Assembly: GCF_001653755.1 (NCBI RefSeq)
Contig: NZ_CP015125.1
Span: 3,092,194-3,156,193 of the forward strand
DNA length: 64,000 nucleotides
Direction: 5' to 3'
Source: Dokdonia donghaensis DSW-1
Lineage (GTDB): Bacteria > Bacteroidota > Bacteroidia > Flavobacteriales > Flavobacteriaceae
In this document: positions 50,770 to 61,004 of the stretch, piece by piece
How positions within the stretch are numbered: the first letter of the stretch is position 1
Layout of the letters: each line of letters starts with the position of its first letter
Made by a program: the position numbers and the translations under genes
Notes under the pieces: generated by a model
Database searches by the model: none
What the model was told of the DNA's origin: nothing
The model's input: the letters and a program-made list of their open reading frames with translations, nothing else

Positions 50770-52650
50770 TTATTTAAATTTTCTATCAAGATCATCACCT
50801 GTGATGGTGATAAATGTTTTCTTGTTAGTAGGCGATATACTAGGTTCTTTACAAGCAAAGAGACTATTTACTAAGTGTTCTCTAGAAAGGCTATCTAGCG
50901 TCTCCCCTCCTTTTACCGCGAGGCTTTTTGCCATACTCTTTGCAAGTGTGTCTGTCTGGCTAAAACCGCTGTCTGGCACTTCGTTTTCTAAATCACTGAG
51001 CAATTGATCTATAACAACTGGTACTTGACTTTCTGTTATAGAAGTAGGGATACCATTTATTTCTAAAATATCTCCGCTTATGAGACCAAAGATAAAGCCT
51101 GTATTCTCCAGTCCTTCTTTAAGCTCTTCTATTAAAGCAAGCTCTGTTGTAGAGTATGTAAGCGTTAAGGGAAATAACAATTGCTGGCTCACAGATTCCT
51201 TTACCGTTATATTACGTAAAAACTCTTCATACAGCACGCGTTGATGCGCCTTATGTTGATCTATGATCACCATACCACTCTTTATGGTACTTACTATGTA
51301 TTTCTTATTGAGTTGATATGTAGAGGACTCGTCTTGACTTCCTGCTGTTGCGGTTATTGGTGCGGCTGCTTTTGTATTAAGACCGCTCTCAAACATATTA
51401 CCCGTGCTCACTTCCTTCTCAAAAGTCACGGTACTACCTGCAGTTGCTTGCGACTCCATTCCTTCATACATCTTCTCCCAGCCTGTTACATCTGGCTTCT
51501 CATAGTCGGGGCGCTGTGCTCCTCTTTTTGGCGCAGGGACGCTCTCAAAGGGATTAAAAGTGCGATCTACCTCAATCTTAGGAGTTACTACTCCTTTATT
51601 TTTGTAATCATAAGGAGTATCGAGTTCGCTATCTCTATTAAAATCAAGCACAGGTGCAATACTAAACTGGCCTAAGCTATGCTTTATGGTGCTACGTAAC
51701 ATCGCGTATAAAGCGTGCTCATCGTCAAATTTTATTTCGGTCTTTGTAGGGTGTATATTTATATCAATTGTAGCTGGGTCTACCTTGAGGTATAAAAAAT
51801 AACTTGCTCTCGCTCTATCTGGAAGTAGTCCATCAAAGGCAGCCGTTACTGCGTGATTTAAGTAAGCACTTTTTATAAATCGATCATTTACAAAGAAAAA
51901 CTGCTCACCACGTGTCTTTTTTGAAAACTCAGGTTTTACTACAAACCCATTTATGGTAAGTATATCTGTCTCTTCTTGTACGGGAACTAGCTTCTCATTA
52001 GTCTTCCCGCCAAAAATGGCAACAATGCGTTGTTTTAAATTACCCTTAGGTAATTGAAAAAGCTCTCCCTCATTATGATACATTGCAAAAGCAATATCAG
52101 GGTGTGCTAGTGCCACGCGCTGAAACTCATCTATCACGTGACGTAACTCAACGCTATTTGATTTTAAAAAATTGCGACGTGCTGGTATATTAAAAAATAG
52201 ATTCTTTACCGCAAGTGAGGTGCCCTTAGGCGTTGCACAAACCTCTTGGGTAATAATCTTACTACCTTCTATCTCTATATGCGTACCCACCTCTGCTCCT
52301 TCTGGGCGCGTCTTAAGTGCCACGTGAGCGACGGCCGCTATAGAGGCAAGCGCCTCTCCTCTAAAACCTTTTGTATTGAGGTTAAATAAATCATCTGCCG
52401 TGGTAATTTTTGAGGTAGCGTGACGTTCAAAACTCATACGAGCATCTGTATCACTCATACCCTTACCATCATCTATAATCTGGATGAGTGTCTTACCTGC
52501 ATCTTTTACGATAAGCTTTATAGAAGATGCTCCTGCGTCTATGGCATTTTCTAGTAATTCTTTAACCACAGACGCTGGGCGTTGCACAACTTCTCCCGCA
52601 GCGATCTGGTTTGCTACGTGATCGGGTAAGAGTTTAATAATGTCTGCCAT
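50770..52650 (-). CDS. mutL: DNA mismatch repair protein MutL
   Basis: GHKL ATPase N-terminus (ANQIAAGEVVQRPASVVKELLENAIDAGAS and DDGKGM) and a C-terminal dimerisation domain. Confidence 0.92.
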   Translation of the reverse strand: MADIIKLLPDHVANQIAAGEVVQRPASVVKELLENAIDAGASSIKLIVKDAGKTLIQIIDDGKGMSDTDARMSFERHATSKITTADDLFNLNTKGFRGEALASIAAVAHVALKTRPEGAEVGTHIEIEGSKIITQEVCATPKGTSLAVKNLFFNIPARRNFLKSNSVELRHVIDEFQRVALAHPDIAFAMYHNEGELFQLPKGNLKQRIVAIFGGKTNEKLVPVQEETDILTINGFVVKPEFSKKTRGEQFFFVNDRFIKSAYLNHAVTAAFDGLLPDRARASYFLYLKVDPATIDINIHPTKTEIKFDDEHALYAMLRSTIKHSLGQFSIAPVLDFNRDSELDTPYDYKNKGVVTPKIEVDRTFNPFESVPAPKRGAQRPDYEKPDVTGWEKMYEGMESQATAGSTVTFEKEVSTGNMFESGLNTKAAAPITATAGSQDESSTYQLNKKYIVSTIKSGMVIIDQHKAHQRVLYEEFLRNITVKESVSQQLLFPLTLTYSTTELALIEELKEGLENTGFIFGLISGDILEINGIPTSITESQVPVVIDQLLSDLENEVPDSGFSQTDTLAKSMAKSLAVKGGETLDSLSREHLVNSLFACKEPSISPTNKKTFITITGDDLDRKFK

Positions 52651-52664
52651 TGCGACCTACTACT

Positions 52665-52952
52665 TTATAGAGGGTTGGTAAAGATGGATAAATCAAAATC
52701 TATTATCCAGAGAAAGAGAAATATTAAAATGAGTACGATAAAAAATATAGTGCGGTTGTAACCTCCCTTTCGGCTTTCTTGAAGTTCATCCCAGGCGGTT
52801 GTAAACTTTTTCTTTAAACCTTTATTATAAGTTAAGGTTTTACGGTGCTCATCAAAGCGCCCTTCAATCTTAAAAGGACTCCCTTCTTTCTCGCTATTGT
52901 AATAGCGAGGCTCGTAGCTATACTTCTTATTTGTGCGTTTTACAAATCCCAT
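52665..52952 (-). CDS. Small membrane-anchored hypothetical protein
   Basis: 95 aa with a C-terminal TM helix. Lies between mutL and ribH. Confidence 0.35.
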   Translation of the reverse strand: MGFVKRTNKKYSYEPRYYNSEKEGSPFKIEGRFDEHRKTLTYNKGLKKKFTTAWDELQESRKGGYNRTIFFIVLILIFLFLWIIDFDLSIFTNPL

Positions 52953-53045
52953 AATATTGTTATTTCAAATATACGATTTCGTATCCAAAAAGCATACCGA
53001 ATTTGCGCTCGCTATGCGTTAAAGAGATTTGTTTTATGGGATAAG

Positions 53046-53065
53046 TACGCTTTCGCGAAAGCGTA
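53046..53065. repeat. Perfect 20-bp palindrome TACGCTTTCGCGAAAGCGTA, intergenic, 14 nt 3' of the ribH stop
   Basis: Seen directly in the sequence. Terminator-like position between convergent or tandem genes. Confidence 0.9.
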
Positions 53066-53078
53066 AAACTACTACGTA

Positions 53079-53576
53079 TTAAAACTTTGCGTCTTTACGT
53101 AATTGTGCCATTTTTATAGCTGCTATAGCGGCTTCTGTACCTTTATTACCGTGCTCACCACCACTACGAGCTCTAGATTGCTCGATATTATTATCTGTAA
53201 GCACACAGAAAATAACAGGAATATCTTGCTGAATGTTAAGGTCTTTAATGCCTTGAGTAACTCCCTCACAAACAAAGTCAAAATGCTTTGTCTCACCTTG
53301 TATCACAGTACCTATGACGATAACAGCATCTAGCATATCATAGGCTTGTGTCATTTTTTTTGCTCCGTAAATGAGTTCAAAAGCGCCTGGCACGTTCCAG
53401 CGCACAATGTTATCGTTTATAGCGCCACAATCTTTGAGCGCATCAAACGCTCCTTGAAAAAGTCCTTCTGTTATCTCACCATTCCACTCAGAAACAACAA
53501 TCCCAAACTTGAAGTCTTTCGAGTTTGGGATGGTTGTTTTATCATAGACAGAGAGGTTGTTACCTACTGTTGCCAT
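53079..53576 (-). CDS. ribH: 6,7-dimethyl-8-ribityllumazine synthase
   Basis: FGIVVSEWNGEITEGL...VPGAFELIYGAKK lumazine synthase signature. 165 aa. Confidence 0.9.
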   Translation of the reverse strand: MATVGNNLSVYDKTTIPNSKDFKFGIVVSEWNGEITEGLFQGAFDALKDCGAINDNIVRWNVPGAFELIYGAKKMTQAYDMLDAVIVIGTVIQGETKHFDFVCEGVTQGIKDLNIQQDIPVIFCVLTDNNIEQSRARSGGEHGNKGTEAAIAAIKMAQLRKDAKF

Positions 53577-53639
53577 AATATTATGTTTTAAAAGTTATAC
53601 CTTAAAGTTACGATATACTTTAAGAATATGACCTCTTAA

Positions 53640-54425
53640 TTAATTTCCTGCTTGTGCTTGACCTAGATATAGATCTACCTGCGCAGCATAGTCTGACGTT
53701 GCATACTCTTCTTTTACCTGTGTAAGGTACTTTACAGCTGCATCATTTTTACCTAGCTCTATAGCTGTCACACCCGCTTTAAATAAGAAACGTGGTGTTG
53801 TAAAATCGTTTGCATTAAGTCCTGCTGCCTTCTCATAGTATCCTAGAGCCTCTTCTGGTTGACCTAGTTGCATAAATGCATCACCTATCGCTCCTTTTGC
53901 AAGCGGCGCAAGCATCTGGTCGTCTGATGAGAAGTCTTGAAGGTGAGAGATTGCCTTCTGGTAATCTTTTACCTCAAGGTAAGACATCCCTGCGTAGTAG
54001 TTTGCTAGGTTTCCTGCTGCAGTACCACCGTAGTTATCTGCCACATCTAGAAGACCGTACTTACCATTCTTACCGTTAAGAGCCACCATATAGAGTGAGT
54101 CTTTTACAGAAGTATTAGTCGCCTCTAGTGCTGTTGTAAAGCTATCTTGAGCTAGTACAAGCTCATTTGCTGCTTCTGCCTCTGCAGGTTCTGCCACAAA
54201 TTTATTGTAAGCTAGATATAATAAAGCGATTACAAGAACACCTACTATAATACCTATTACTGGCTTTTGATTTTTTTCAAACCACTCCTCTGCTTTATTT
54301 GCTCCTTCGTCTAGTGATCCAAAAACCTCTGCAGTTGTACTCTCGCTATCATCTATAAACTCTTCAACTTCTTCCTTTACGGGCTTTGTTTTCGGTTTAT
54401 ATCCTCTTTTATTATATGTTGCCAT
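53640..54425 (-). CDS. Membrane-anchored tetratricopeptide-repeat protein
   Basis: One TM helix then TPR-like repeats (YYAGMSYLEVKDYQKAI..., GYYEKAAG...). Conserved upstream of ribH in Flavobacteriia (inference). Confidence 0.55.
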   Translation of the reverse strand: MATYNKRGYKPKTKPVKEEVEEFIDDSESTTAEVFGSLDEGANKAEEWFEKNQKPVIGIIVGVLVIALLYLAYNKFVAEPAEAEAANELVLAQDSFTTALEATNTSVKDSLYMVALNGKNGKYGLLDVADNYGGTAAGNLANYYAGMSYLEVKDYQKAISHLQDFSSDDQMLAPLAKGAIGDAFMQLGQPEEALGYYEKAAGLNANDFTTPRFLFKAGVTAIELGKNDAAVKYLTQVKEEYATSDYAAQVDLYLGQAQAGN

Positions 54426-54532
54426 ATTTCGTCGTTTATTAGTCGGGCAAAAATATAATATTTATTGAATTATGAAAGGGAAATTAATGCTTAATTTTGA
54501 AGACCTAATAAGCAATATTACTAGATGTTTAC

Positions 54533-54548
54533 CGCTTTCGCGAAAGCG
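54533..54548. repeat. Iterated palindrome copy in the divergent intergenic region upstream of recF
   Basis: CGCTTTCGCGAAAGCG, 21 nt before the recF ATG. Confidence 0.9.
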
Positions 54549-54568
54549 CGCCACACCTACCCCACCCT

Positions 54569-55660
54569 ATGATCTTAAAATCGCTCTCTCTTATTAACTA
54601 TAAAAACTTTGAGTCAAAGGCCTTTACCTTTGATGCAAAAATTAATTGTTTTGTTGGAAATAACGGCGTGGGGAAGACAAATGTGCTCGATGCGATTTAC
54701 CACCTTTCTTTTGGAAAAAGCTACTTCAATCCCGTCACAAGTCAAAACATAAACCACAATGCAGACTTCTTTGTAATAGATGGTTTATATAAAAAAGAAG
54801 AACGAGATGAGAAGGTTGTAGTAAGTGCAAAAAAAGGCCAGAAAAAGGTCATAAAACGCAATGCAAAAATATATGACCGCTTTGCAGACCACATAGGGTT
54901 TTTACCGCTGGTTATTATCTCTCCGGCAGATAGAGACCTCATCACAGAAGGGAGTGACACCCGCCGTAAATTTATAGATGGCGTGATCTCACAAAGTGAC
55001 AAAAGCTACCTTTCTGACCTACTGGGTTACTCAAAAATACTGTCGCAACGTAACGCCCTGCTTAAGTACTTTGCAGCAAATAATACATTTAATGCAGATA
55101 CACTTGCTGTATACAACGAGCAACTAGAAGGTTTTGGGACGCCTATTTTTGAAAAAAGACAACAATTTTTAGAACGCTTTGCACCTATCTTTAACGAGCG
55201 TTACAAAGCCATAAGTGGCGATACAGAAAATGTAACCCTTACTTATAACAGCTCACTGAGCACAATGCCGCTCAAGCACTCTCTTACTAATGCGCTAGCA
55301 AAAGACCGCTCTTTACAATACACAAGTGTAGGGATACACAAAGACGACTTACAGTTTGAGATAAATGGCCACCCGGTAAAGAAATTTGGCAGTCAGGGAC
55401 AGCAGAAATCATACCTCATCGCACTCAAGCTCGCGCAGTTTGATTTTATAAAACAAGAAAGTGGCACAACACCGCTACTTTTACTCGATGATATTTTTGA
55501 CAAGCTAGATGAAAACCGTGTGCAACATATCATTGAGCTTGTAAACACAAACGACTTTGGGCAATTGTTTATAAGCGACACTCACCCCGAGCGCACAGAA
55601 AATGTGGTAAAAAAAATACACCAGAGTTATGAGCTTTTTCATCTCGAACGAGCACAATAA
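54569..55660 (+). CDS. recF: DNA replication and repair protein RecF
   Basis: Walker [18 protein letters not shown] signature GSQGQQKS and Walker [13 protein letters not shown]. Confidence 0.9.
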   Translation: MILKSLSLINYKNFESKAFTFDAKINCFVGNNGVGKTNVLDAIYHLSFGKSYFNPVTSQNINHNADFFVIDGLYKKEERDEKVVVSAKKGQKKVIKRNAKIYDRFADHIGFLPLVIISPADRDLITEGSDTRRKFIDGVISQSDKSYLSDLLGYSKILSQRNALLKYFAANNTFNADTLAVYNEQLEGFGTPIFEKRQQFLERFAPIFNERYKAISGDTENVTLTYNSSLSTMPLKHSLTNALAKDRSLQYTSVGIHKDDLQFEINGHPVKKFGSQGQQKSYLIALKLAQFDFIKQESGTTPLLLLDDIFDKLDENRVQHIIELVNTNDFGQLFISDTHPERTENVVKKIHQSYELFHLERAQ

Positions 55661-55707
55661 GCTGTTGTTTTATCGTAATTTGCAGTACTCATTATTAAAA
55701 CACTTAC

Positions 55708-56124
55708 GTGAAAAAACTAGTTTACACCCTTATCGCCCTCCTCATTTTGAGCTGTAGCTCATCACCTCAAGAAAAACTTGCAAACATAAGCGGTTACTGG
55801 GAAATTGCCAGTATAGAGATGCCAGACGGCACCACAAGAACCTATGGAATGAGTCAAAATATTGACTTTTTTGAAATAAATGAAGACGGCACTGGCGTAC
55901 GTAAAAAAGTACAACCTAATGCACTAGGAGAGTTTATTACCTCAAACGATAGCGAGAACATCAATACAATTATAGAAGATGATATCCTTATACTATCATA
56001 CACCACAGCTCTAGACAACTGGCAAGAAACTGTAAAAAAAGCGAGCAAAGAAGAGCTCATTCTTATTAATAAAGACGATATTATCTATAAATACCGTAGA
56101 TATCAACCCCTTATCATAGAGTAA
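55708..56124 (+). CDS. Hypothetical lipoprotein
   Basis: Lipobox LILSCSSS. 138 aa. Confidence 0.4.
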   Translation: MKKLVYTLIALLILSCSSSPQEKLANISGYWEIASIEMPDGTTRTYGMSQNIDFFEINEDGTGVRKKVQPNALGEFITSNDSENINTIIEDDILILSYTTALDNWQETVKKASKEELILINKDDIIYKYRRYQPLIIE

Positions 56125-56417
56125 TGGCAAAAAGAAACGCAGACCCAATTTCTATAAGTCAAGCGCTGGGAGAATTTGTAGAAAAAAACAAACTAAGCAA
56201 AGGTATGGACAAAGTAGATGTCACAGCCGCTTGGTACAAGCTCAATCCAGCATTTGAGACGTATACTACTTCTATACGTTTTGACAGAGAGACACTCTTT
56301 GTAAACCTAAGCTCTTCTGTTTTTAGGGAAGAACTTTCTTATGGTAAAGAAAAAATACGCACAATGCTTAATGAGGAATTAGGCCGTGAGGTTATAAAAA
56401 AACTCATCTTGAGATAA
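56124..56417 (+). CDS. DUF721-domain protein (recF-associated)
   Basis: 97 aa. Conserved placement downstream of recF. 1-nt overlap with the preceding gene. Confidence 0.55.
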   Translation: MAKRNADPISISQALGEFVEKNKLSKGMDKVDVTAAWYKLNPAFETYTTSIRFDRETLFVNLSSSVFREELSYGKEKIRTMLNEELGREVIKKLILR

Positions 56418-56495
56418 CAACAAGCTACATTCTAGCATAAAAAAATGCGAGACTATTGTCTCGCATTTTTTGTTTCCTATTTCCAGTACTAAGGA

Positions 56496-58274
56496 CTACA
56501 TACGCTCTGGCACATCTATTCCTAATAATCCAAAGGCGCTCTCTATTACCTGCCCTACTTCTTTACTAAGCGCTACTCTAAAGCTCTGGTCTGCCACATT
56601 ATCTGTACCCAGAATCTGCACCTGCTGGAAGAATGAGTTGTACTCTTTTACCAAGTCATAAGTATAGTTTGCAATAATAGCTGGGCTCTTCTGGGCCGCG
56701 GCAAGCTGTATGGTTGCAGGATATTCTTGTACTAGTTTAATAAGTTCCTTTTCTTTAGGATGTAAATCTCTTGCTCCCTCTACAGTTGCAGGTACATTGA
56801 GCTCTTTAGCTTTGCGCAGTATAGCTTGTATACGCACATACGTATATTGTATAAATGGCCCTGTATTTCCTTGAAAATCTACAGACTCCTTAGGGTCAAA
56901 AAGAATTCTCTTTTTTGGATCTACTTTAAGAATGTAGTACTTAAGAGCTCCCAGGCCTATTGTTTTATATAACGCCTTCTTCTCCTCATCTGTATACCCG
57001 TCTAGTTTACCTAGCTCCTCAGAGATTTCTCCAGCGGTAGCAGCTACTTCATTTATAAGATCATCTGCATCTACTACGGTACCTTCACGAGACTTCATCT
57101 TTCCAGAAGGAAGATCTACCATACCATAACTAAGGTGAAAAAGATTTTCTGCCCAGTCGTATCCTAGCTTTTTAAGTATTAAGAATAACACTTGAAAGTG
57201 ATAATCTTGCTCGTTTCCTACTGTGTAAATCATACCACCAACATCTGGATGGTCTTTTACACGTTGTATCGCAGTACCTATATCTTGCGTCATATATACT
57301 GCAGTACCATCTGCACGCAATACAATCTTTCTATCTAGACCATCTTCTGTAAGGTCACACCATACAGAGCCGTCTGGATCTTTTTCAAAAACGCCCTTTT
57401 TAAGACCTTCTTCTATATTGTCTTTTCCTAGTAGGTAGGTGTTACTCTCGTAGTAGTAACTATCAAAATCTACTCCTATATTTTTATAGGTTACTTCAAA
57501 ACCGTCATACACCCAATGGTTCATTTTTTTCCATAGCGCGACAGTCTCTGCATCTCCAGCTTCCCACTTGCGTAGCATTTCTTGGGCCTCGAGCAATAAA
57601 GGAGCCTCTTTTTTTGCTTCCTCCTCGCTCTTACCTTGAGCAACGAGGGCAGCTACTTCTTTCTTATATTCTTTATCAAACTTTACGTAGTAATTACCGA
57701 CTAATTTATCTCCTTTAAGACCTGTAGACTCCGGAGTCTCACCTTTACCATAACGCTCCCAAGCCAGCATAGACTTACAGATATGAATCCCACGGTCATT
57801 AATGATTTGGGTTTTATAAACTTTAGAGCCTGCTGCCTTAATAATTTCTGACACAGAGTATCCTAATAACACGTTACGTACGTGACCTAGGTGAAGTGGC
57901 TTATTTGTGTTAGGCGAAGAGTATTCTACCATTACCGCTTTACCGGCTTCTGGTGTTTTTCCAAAATTTTCGGTGGCTTGTATCTCTGCAAAGGCGTTCA
58001 TATAAAACGCATCTGCCACTACTAAGTTTAAGAAACCTTTTACTACATTAAAAGCAGTAATCTCTTCAACTTGTGCTACAAGGTACTCACCTATTTGTGT
58101 CCCTATCTGTACAGGGTTTCCTTTTACAACACGTAGCATAGGGAAAACCACTACTGTGATATCTCCTTCAAATTCTTTGCGAGTTGCTTGAAATTCGACA
58201 GCTGGGAGTTCAGCTTTATAAATTTCGGCAACAGCGGCTTTTACGTGAGTTTCTATAGTAGATTGTAACGACAT
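56496..58274 (-). CDS. argS: Arginine--tRNA ligase
   Basis: HIGH-class motif PNTNKPLHLGHVRN and a KMSKS-like SGKMKSREG. Start set at MSLQSTIE; the ORF-track extension to 58355 reads through an intergenic palindrome. Confidence 0.9.
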   Translation of the reverse strand: MSLQSTIETHVKAAVAEIYKAELPAVEFQATRKEFEGDITVVVFPMLRVVKGNPVQIGTQIGEYLVAQVEEITAFNVVKGFLNLVVADAFYMNAFAEIQATENFGKTPEAGKAVMVEYSSPNTNKPLHLGHVRNVLLGYSVSEIIKAAGSKVYKTQIINDRGIHICKSMLAWERYGKGETPESTGLKGDKLVGNYYVKFDKEYKKEVAALVAQGKSEEEAKKEAPLLLEAQEMLRKWEAGDAETVALWKKMNHWVYDGFEVTYKNIGVDFDSYYYESNTYLLGKDNIEEGLKKGVFEKDPDGSVWCDLTEDGLDRKIVLRADGTAVYMTQDIGTAIQRVKDHPDVGGMIYTVGNEQDYHFQVLFLILKKLGYDWAENLFHLSYGMVDLPSGKMKSREGTVVDADDLINEVAATAGEISEELGKLDGYTDEEKKALYKTIGLGALKYYILKVDPKKRILFDPKESVDFQGNTGPFIQYTYVRIQAILRKAKELNVPATVEGARDLHPKEKELIKLVQEYPATIQLAAAQKSPAIIANYTYDLVKEYNSFFQQVQILGTDNVADQSFRVALSKEVGQVIESAFGLLGIDVPERM

Positions 58275-58311
58275 AGGATCTTGATAGTTGAAAATATAAT
58301 GGGACTTATTG

Positions 58312-58327
58312 CGCTTTCGCGAAAGCG
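58312..58327. repeat. Iterated palindrome copy upstream of argS
   Basis: CGCTTTCGCGAAAGCG, about 40 nt upstream of the proposed argS start. Confidence 0.9.
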
Positions 58328-58457
58328 TAATTACAACCACGCCACCGCTACACATATTTAAGTCACAGGGTGTCTAAAAATATGGCACAAATATATGTGA
58401 AAATTGAAAGAGCACATAGGGAAACACTAGCGAAACTCGTATCTTTAAAAGAAAAAA

Positions 58458-58889
58458 ATGCTTCTTAACGTATCTTACAACAATCCTGATGTAAAGCGCA
58501 AAATTAACGAAGAAGTGGGCGAGCCCTACGGATTGCGTGAGCGCATTAAACAAGGCGGCATAGGTATAGGTCACCTTGTCATTACAGAATCTAGTATACA
58601 GATCCAGAATTTTCTTGCTCTAGATAAATATCGCAATAAGTGCAATATAGAGCTTAGACCCCGTGGTATTATCATAGGTTTTAGAGCCTTACTAGACAGC
58701 TATGCGCTGGTAATTCCCTACTGGAAACTCAACCTTTACAAGGGTCGAGCAGAAGAGTATAGTGTCTATCGCGATAATTATTTTATCAAAATTGAAGCTA
58801 AGGCAAAAGACAAAAAAGTACACAATTTTATGAAGCGTATTCTTGACCAGAAAGCACAGCAATCTCCCACAAACATAGACGACCTGTAA
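58458..58889 (+). CDS. Hypothetical protein
   Basis: 143-aa ORF with no motifs. 5 nt before the next gene. Confidence 0.35.
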   Translation: MLLNVSYNNPDVKRKINEEVGEPYGLRERIKQGGIGIGHLVITESSIQIQNFLALDKYRNKCNIELRPRGIIIGFRALLDSYALVIPYWKLNLYKGRAEEYSVYRDNYFIKIEAKAKDKKVHNFMKRILDQKAQQSPTNIDDL

Positions 58890-58893
58890 GATT

Positions 58894-60330
58894 ATGAAAA
58901 TACTACTTACGGGTGCAAATGGATATATAGGGATGCGATTACTCCCTATGCTACTTGAGGCAAATCACGAGGTGGTATGTGTGGTGCGCAATGAGGCGCG
59001 GCTGTCTGTAAGTAAAAAAATAAAGGAACAGATTACTATTATAGAGATAGACTTTCTAGACAAACCAGAAGCAAATAAATTACCGAAAGATATAGATGTT
59101 GCCTACTACCTCTTGCACTCTATGAGCTCGAGCACCTCAGATTTTGACGAGAAGGAAGAGCTCTCTGCGCTCAATTTTAACACCTATCTCGCTCCTACTA
59201 GTTGCCAGCAGGTGATCTATCTAGGGGGTATTGCAAATGATAAAAACTTAAGTAAACACCTACGCTCACGTCAAAACGTAGAGAACACTCTAAAAAAAGG
59301 TAAAGCTGCTCTCACAGTACTTAGAGCAGGGATCATTGTGGGATCTGGGAGTTCTTCTTTTGAGATTATACGCGACCTATGTGAGAAGCTACCTGTGATG
59401 ATTACCCCAAAATGGGTCAATACAAAATGCCAGCCTATAGCTATACGCAATGTAATGCAATACCTCACTGGAGTTTTAGGCAACGAGAGCACTTATAATG
59501 ATCAATTTGATATAGGAGGGCCAGATGTGCTAAGCTATAAAGAGATGATGCAGTGTTATGCAACAGTGCGCAATCTTCCATTGTATATTTTTACAGTACC
59601 AGTAATGAGCCCAAAAATCTCTTCATACTGGTTGTATTTTATCACCTCAACATCTTATAAACTTGCGCTCAACCTTGTAGATAGTATGAAGGTAGAGGTG
59701 ATCTCAAGTGACTCTAGATTGCAAGATTTACTAGGCATCACCCCTATAAGTTATGAAGATGCTATTGATTTGGCTTTCGCCAAAATTGAACAAAATCAAG
59801 TAGCGAGCTCTTGGAAAGATAGTCTTGTAAGTGGTCGTATTAAAGTAAATCTAGATGACTATATACAAGTACCTAGCTATGGATGCCTCAAAGACAAACA
59901 AACCATACATCTAAAAGACCGAAACCTAGCTCTCGAAAATATCTGGGCAATAGGTGGTGACAGAGGCTGGTATTATGGTGACTGGATGTGGAAGATAAGA
60001 GGGTATATAGATAAACTTGTAGGAGGCGTAGGCCTGCGTAGAGGAAGAACACATCCAGATAAGATTTTTACAGGTGATGTAATAGACTTCTGGCGTGTGT
60101 TACTAGCAAGTAAAGAAGAGCCTAGGTTATTACTATTTGCAGAGATGCGCGTACCAGGAGAAGCTTGGCTTGAGTTTACAATAGATGAAAATGATGTGCT
60201 ACACCAGACGGCAACCTTTAGACCAAGAGGTATTTTTGGCAGACTATACTGGTATAGTATGCTACCCTTTCACTACTTTATTTTTGGTGAGATGATAAGA
60301 AATATTGCTACAAAGCGATTTGAGCAATAA
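58894..60330 (+). CDS. NAD(P)-binding epimerase/SDR-like domain fused to a DUF2867-like C-terminal domain
   Basis: Rossmann motif KILLTGANGYIGMRLL. Long C-terminal extension with a tryptophan-rich segment (WYYGDWMWKIRGYIDKLVGG). Confidence 0.65.
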   Translation: MKILLTGANGYIGMRLLPMLLEANHEVVCVVRNEARLSVSKKIKEQITIIEIDFLDKPEANKLPKDIDVAYYLLHSMSSSTSDFDEKEELSALNFNTYLAPTSCQQVIYLGGIANDKNLSKHLRSRQNVENTLKKGKAALTVLRAGIIVGSGSSSFEIIRDLCEKLPVMITPKWVNTKCQPIAIRNVMQYLTGVLGNESTYNDQFDIGGPDVLSYKEMMQCYATVRNLPLYIFTVPVMSPKISSYWLYFITSTSYKLALNLVDSMKVEVISSDSRLQDLLGITPISYEDAIDLAFAKIEQNQVASSWKDSLVSGRIKVNLDDYIQVPSYGCLKDKQTIHLKDRNLALENIWAIGGDRGWYYGDWMWKIRGYIDKLVGGVGLRRGRTHPDKIFTGDVIDFWRVLLASKEEPRLLLFAEMRVPGEAWLEFTIDENDVLHQTATFRPRGIFGRLYWYSMLPFHYFIFGEMIRNIATKRFEQ

Positions 60331-60582
60331 AAAAAGGCGAACCAGAACGTGTATTATCTGAGAGATAAATTCGGTCGCTTTTTAAATCCTACTAAAAAAA
60401 ATTACCCGTACTGTTTTACCAGTTAATTTTAAAAGTGAAAACTACAAACACTTATAAAATTGCTTCTCTCAATACATTATTCTAGAACGCCTATATGTGA
60501 TAAATATAATGCGTTATTCTCTAATTTCCTACACTTTAGATACCGATTCGTGTGAATTTAATACACTTTTACACAAAATCGT

Positions 60583-60990
60583 TTAAATAAGATCTATAAG
60601 TGATTTATTTTCTAATACTTTTAATGTCTGGTCTCTTACTTCTATCATAAGTATATGAAGACTACACTCCTCTTCTTTGGGACAATCATCACAATGCTCA
60701 TAAAAGTTAAGACTCACACAAGGCAATAACGCAATAGGTCCCTCTAGGGTGCGTATCACAGATGATATCTTTATATCTTCTGGCTTTTTAATAAGGTAGT
60801 ATCCGCCACCTTTACCTTTTTTACTACCTAGGTAGCCCGCTTTACGCATAGAAAGTAAAATACTCTCCAGAAACTTTTTTGAGATATTTTCAGAATCTGC
60901 GATTTCTTGTATAAGCACTGTTGTATTCTCTGGCTTTTTTGCTAGAAAAGTGAGTGCCTTTAATCCGTATTTTGTTTTTCGCGAAAGCAT
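60583..60990 (-). CDS. Rrf2-family transcriptional regulator
   Basis: MLSRKTKYGLKALTFLAK wHTH N-terminus. C-terminal Cys cluster (C..C.....C) consistent with Fe-S-binding Rrf2. Confidence 0.78.
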   Translation of the reverse strand: MLSRKTKYGLKALTFLAKKPENTTVLIQEIADSENISKKFLESILLSMRKAGYLGSKKGKGGGYYLIKKPEDIKISSVIRTLEGPIALLPCVSLNFYEHCDDCPKEEECSLHILMIEVRDQTLKVLENKSLIDLI

Positions 60991-61004
60991 AATACGAATA
61001 TACT

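Noticed and set aside
52845-53066. 73-aa plus-strand ORF ending in YAFAKA
   Set aside because: The ORF is created by reading through the intergenic 20-bp palindrome between the small 52665-52952 gene and ribH. No start context or motifs.
58275-58355. N-terminal extension of argS (MCSGGVVVITLSRKRNKS...)
   Set aside because: The extension translates the intergenic palindrome (LSRK frame). The conserved ArgS N-terminus begins at MSLQSTIE (58274).
60331-60582. Possible intrinsic terminator or sRNA in the 250-bp gap after the epimerase/DUF2867 gene (aaaaaggcgaacc...ggtcgcttttt)
   Set aside because: The stem is imperfect with a loop of about 30 nt. There is a T-run but a weak hairpin, so it is not supportable without folding or expression data.
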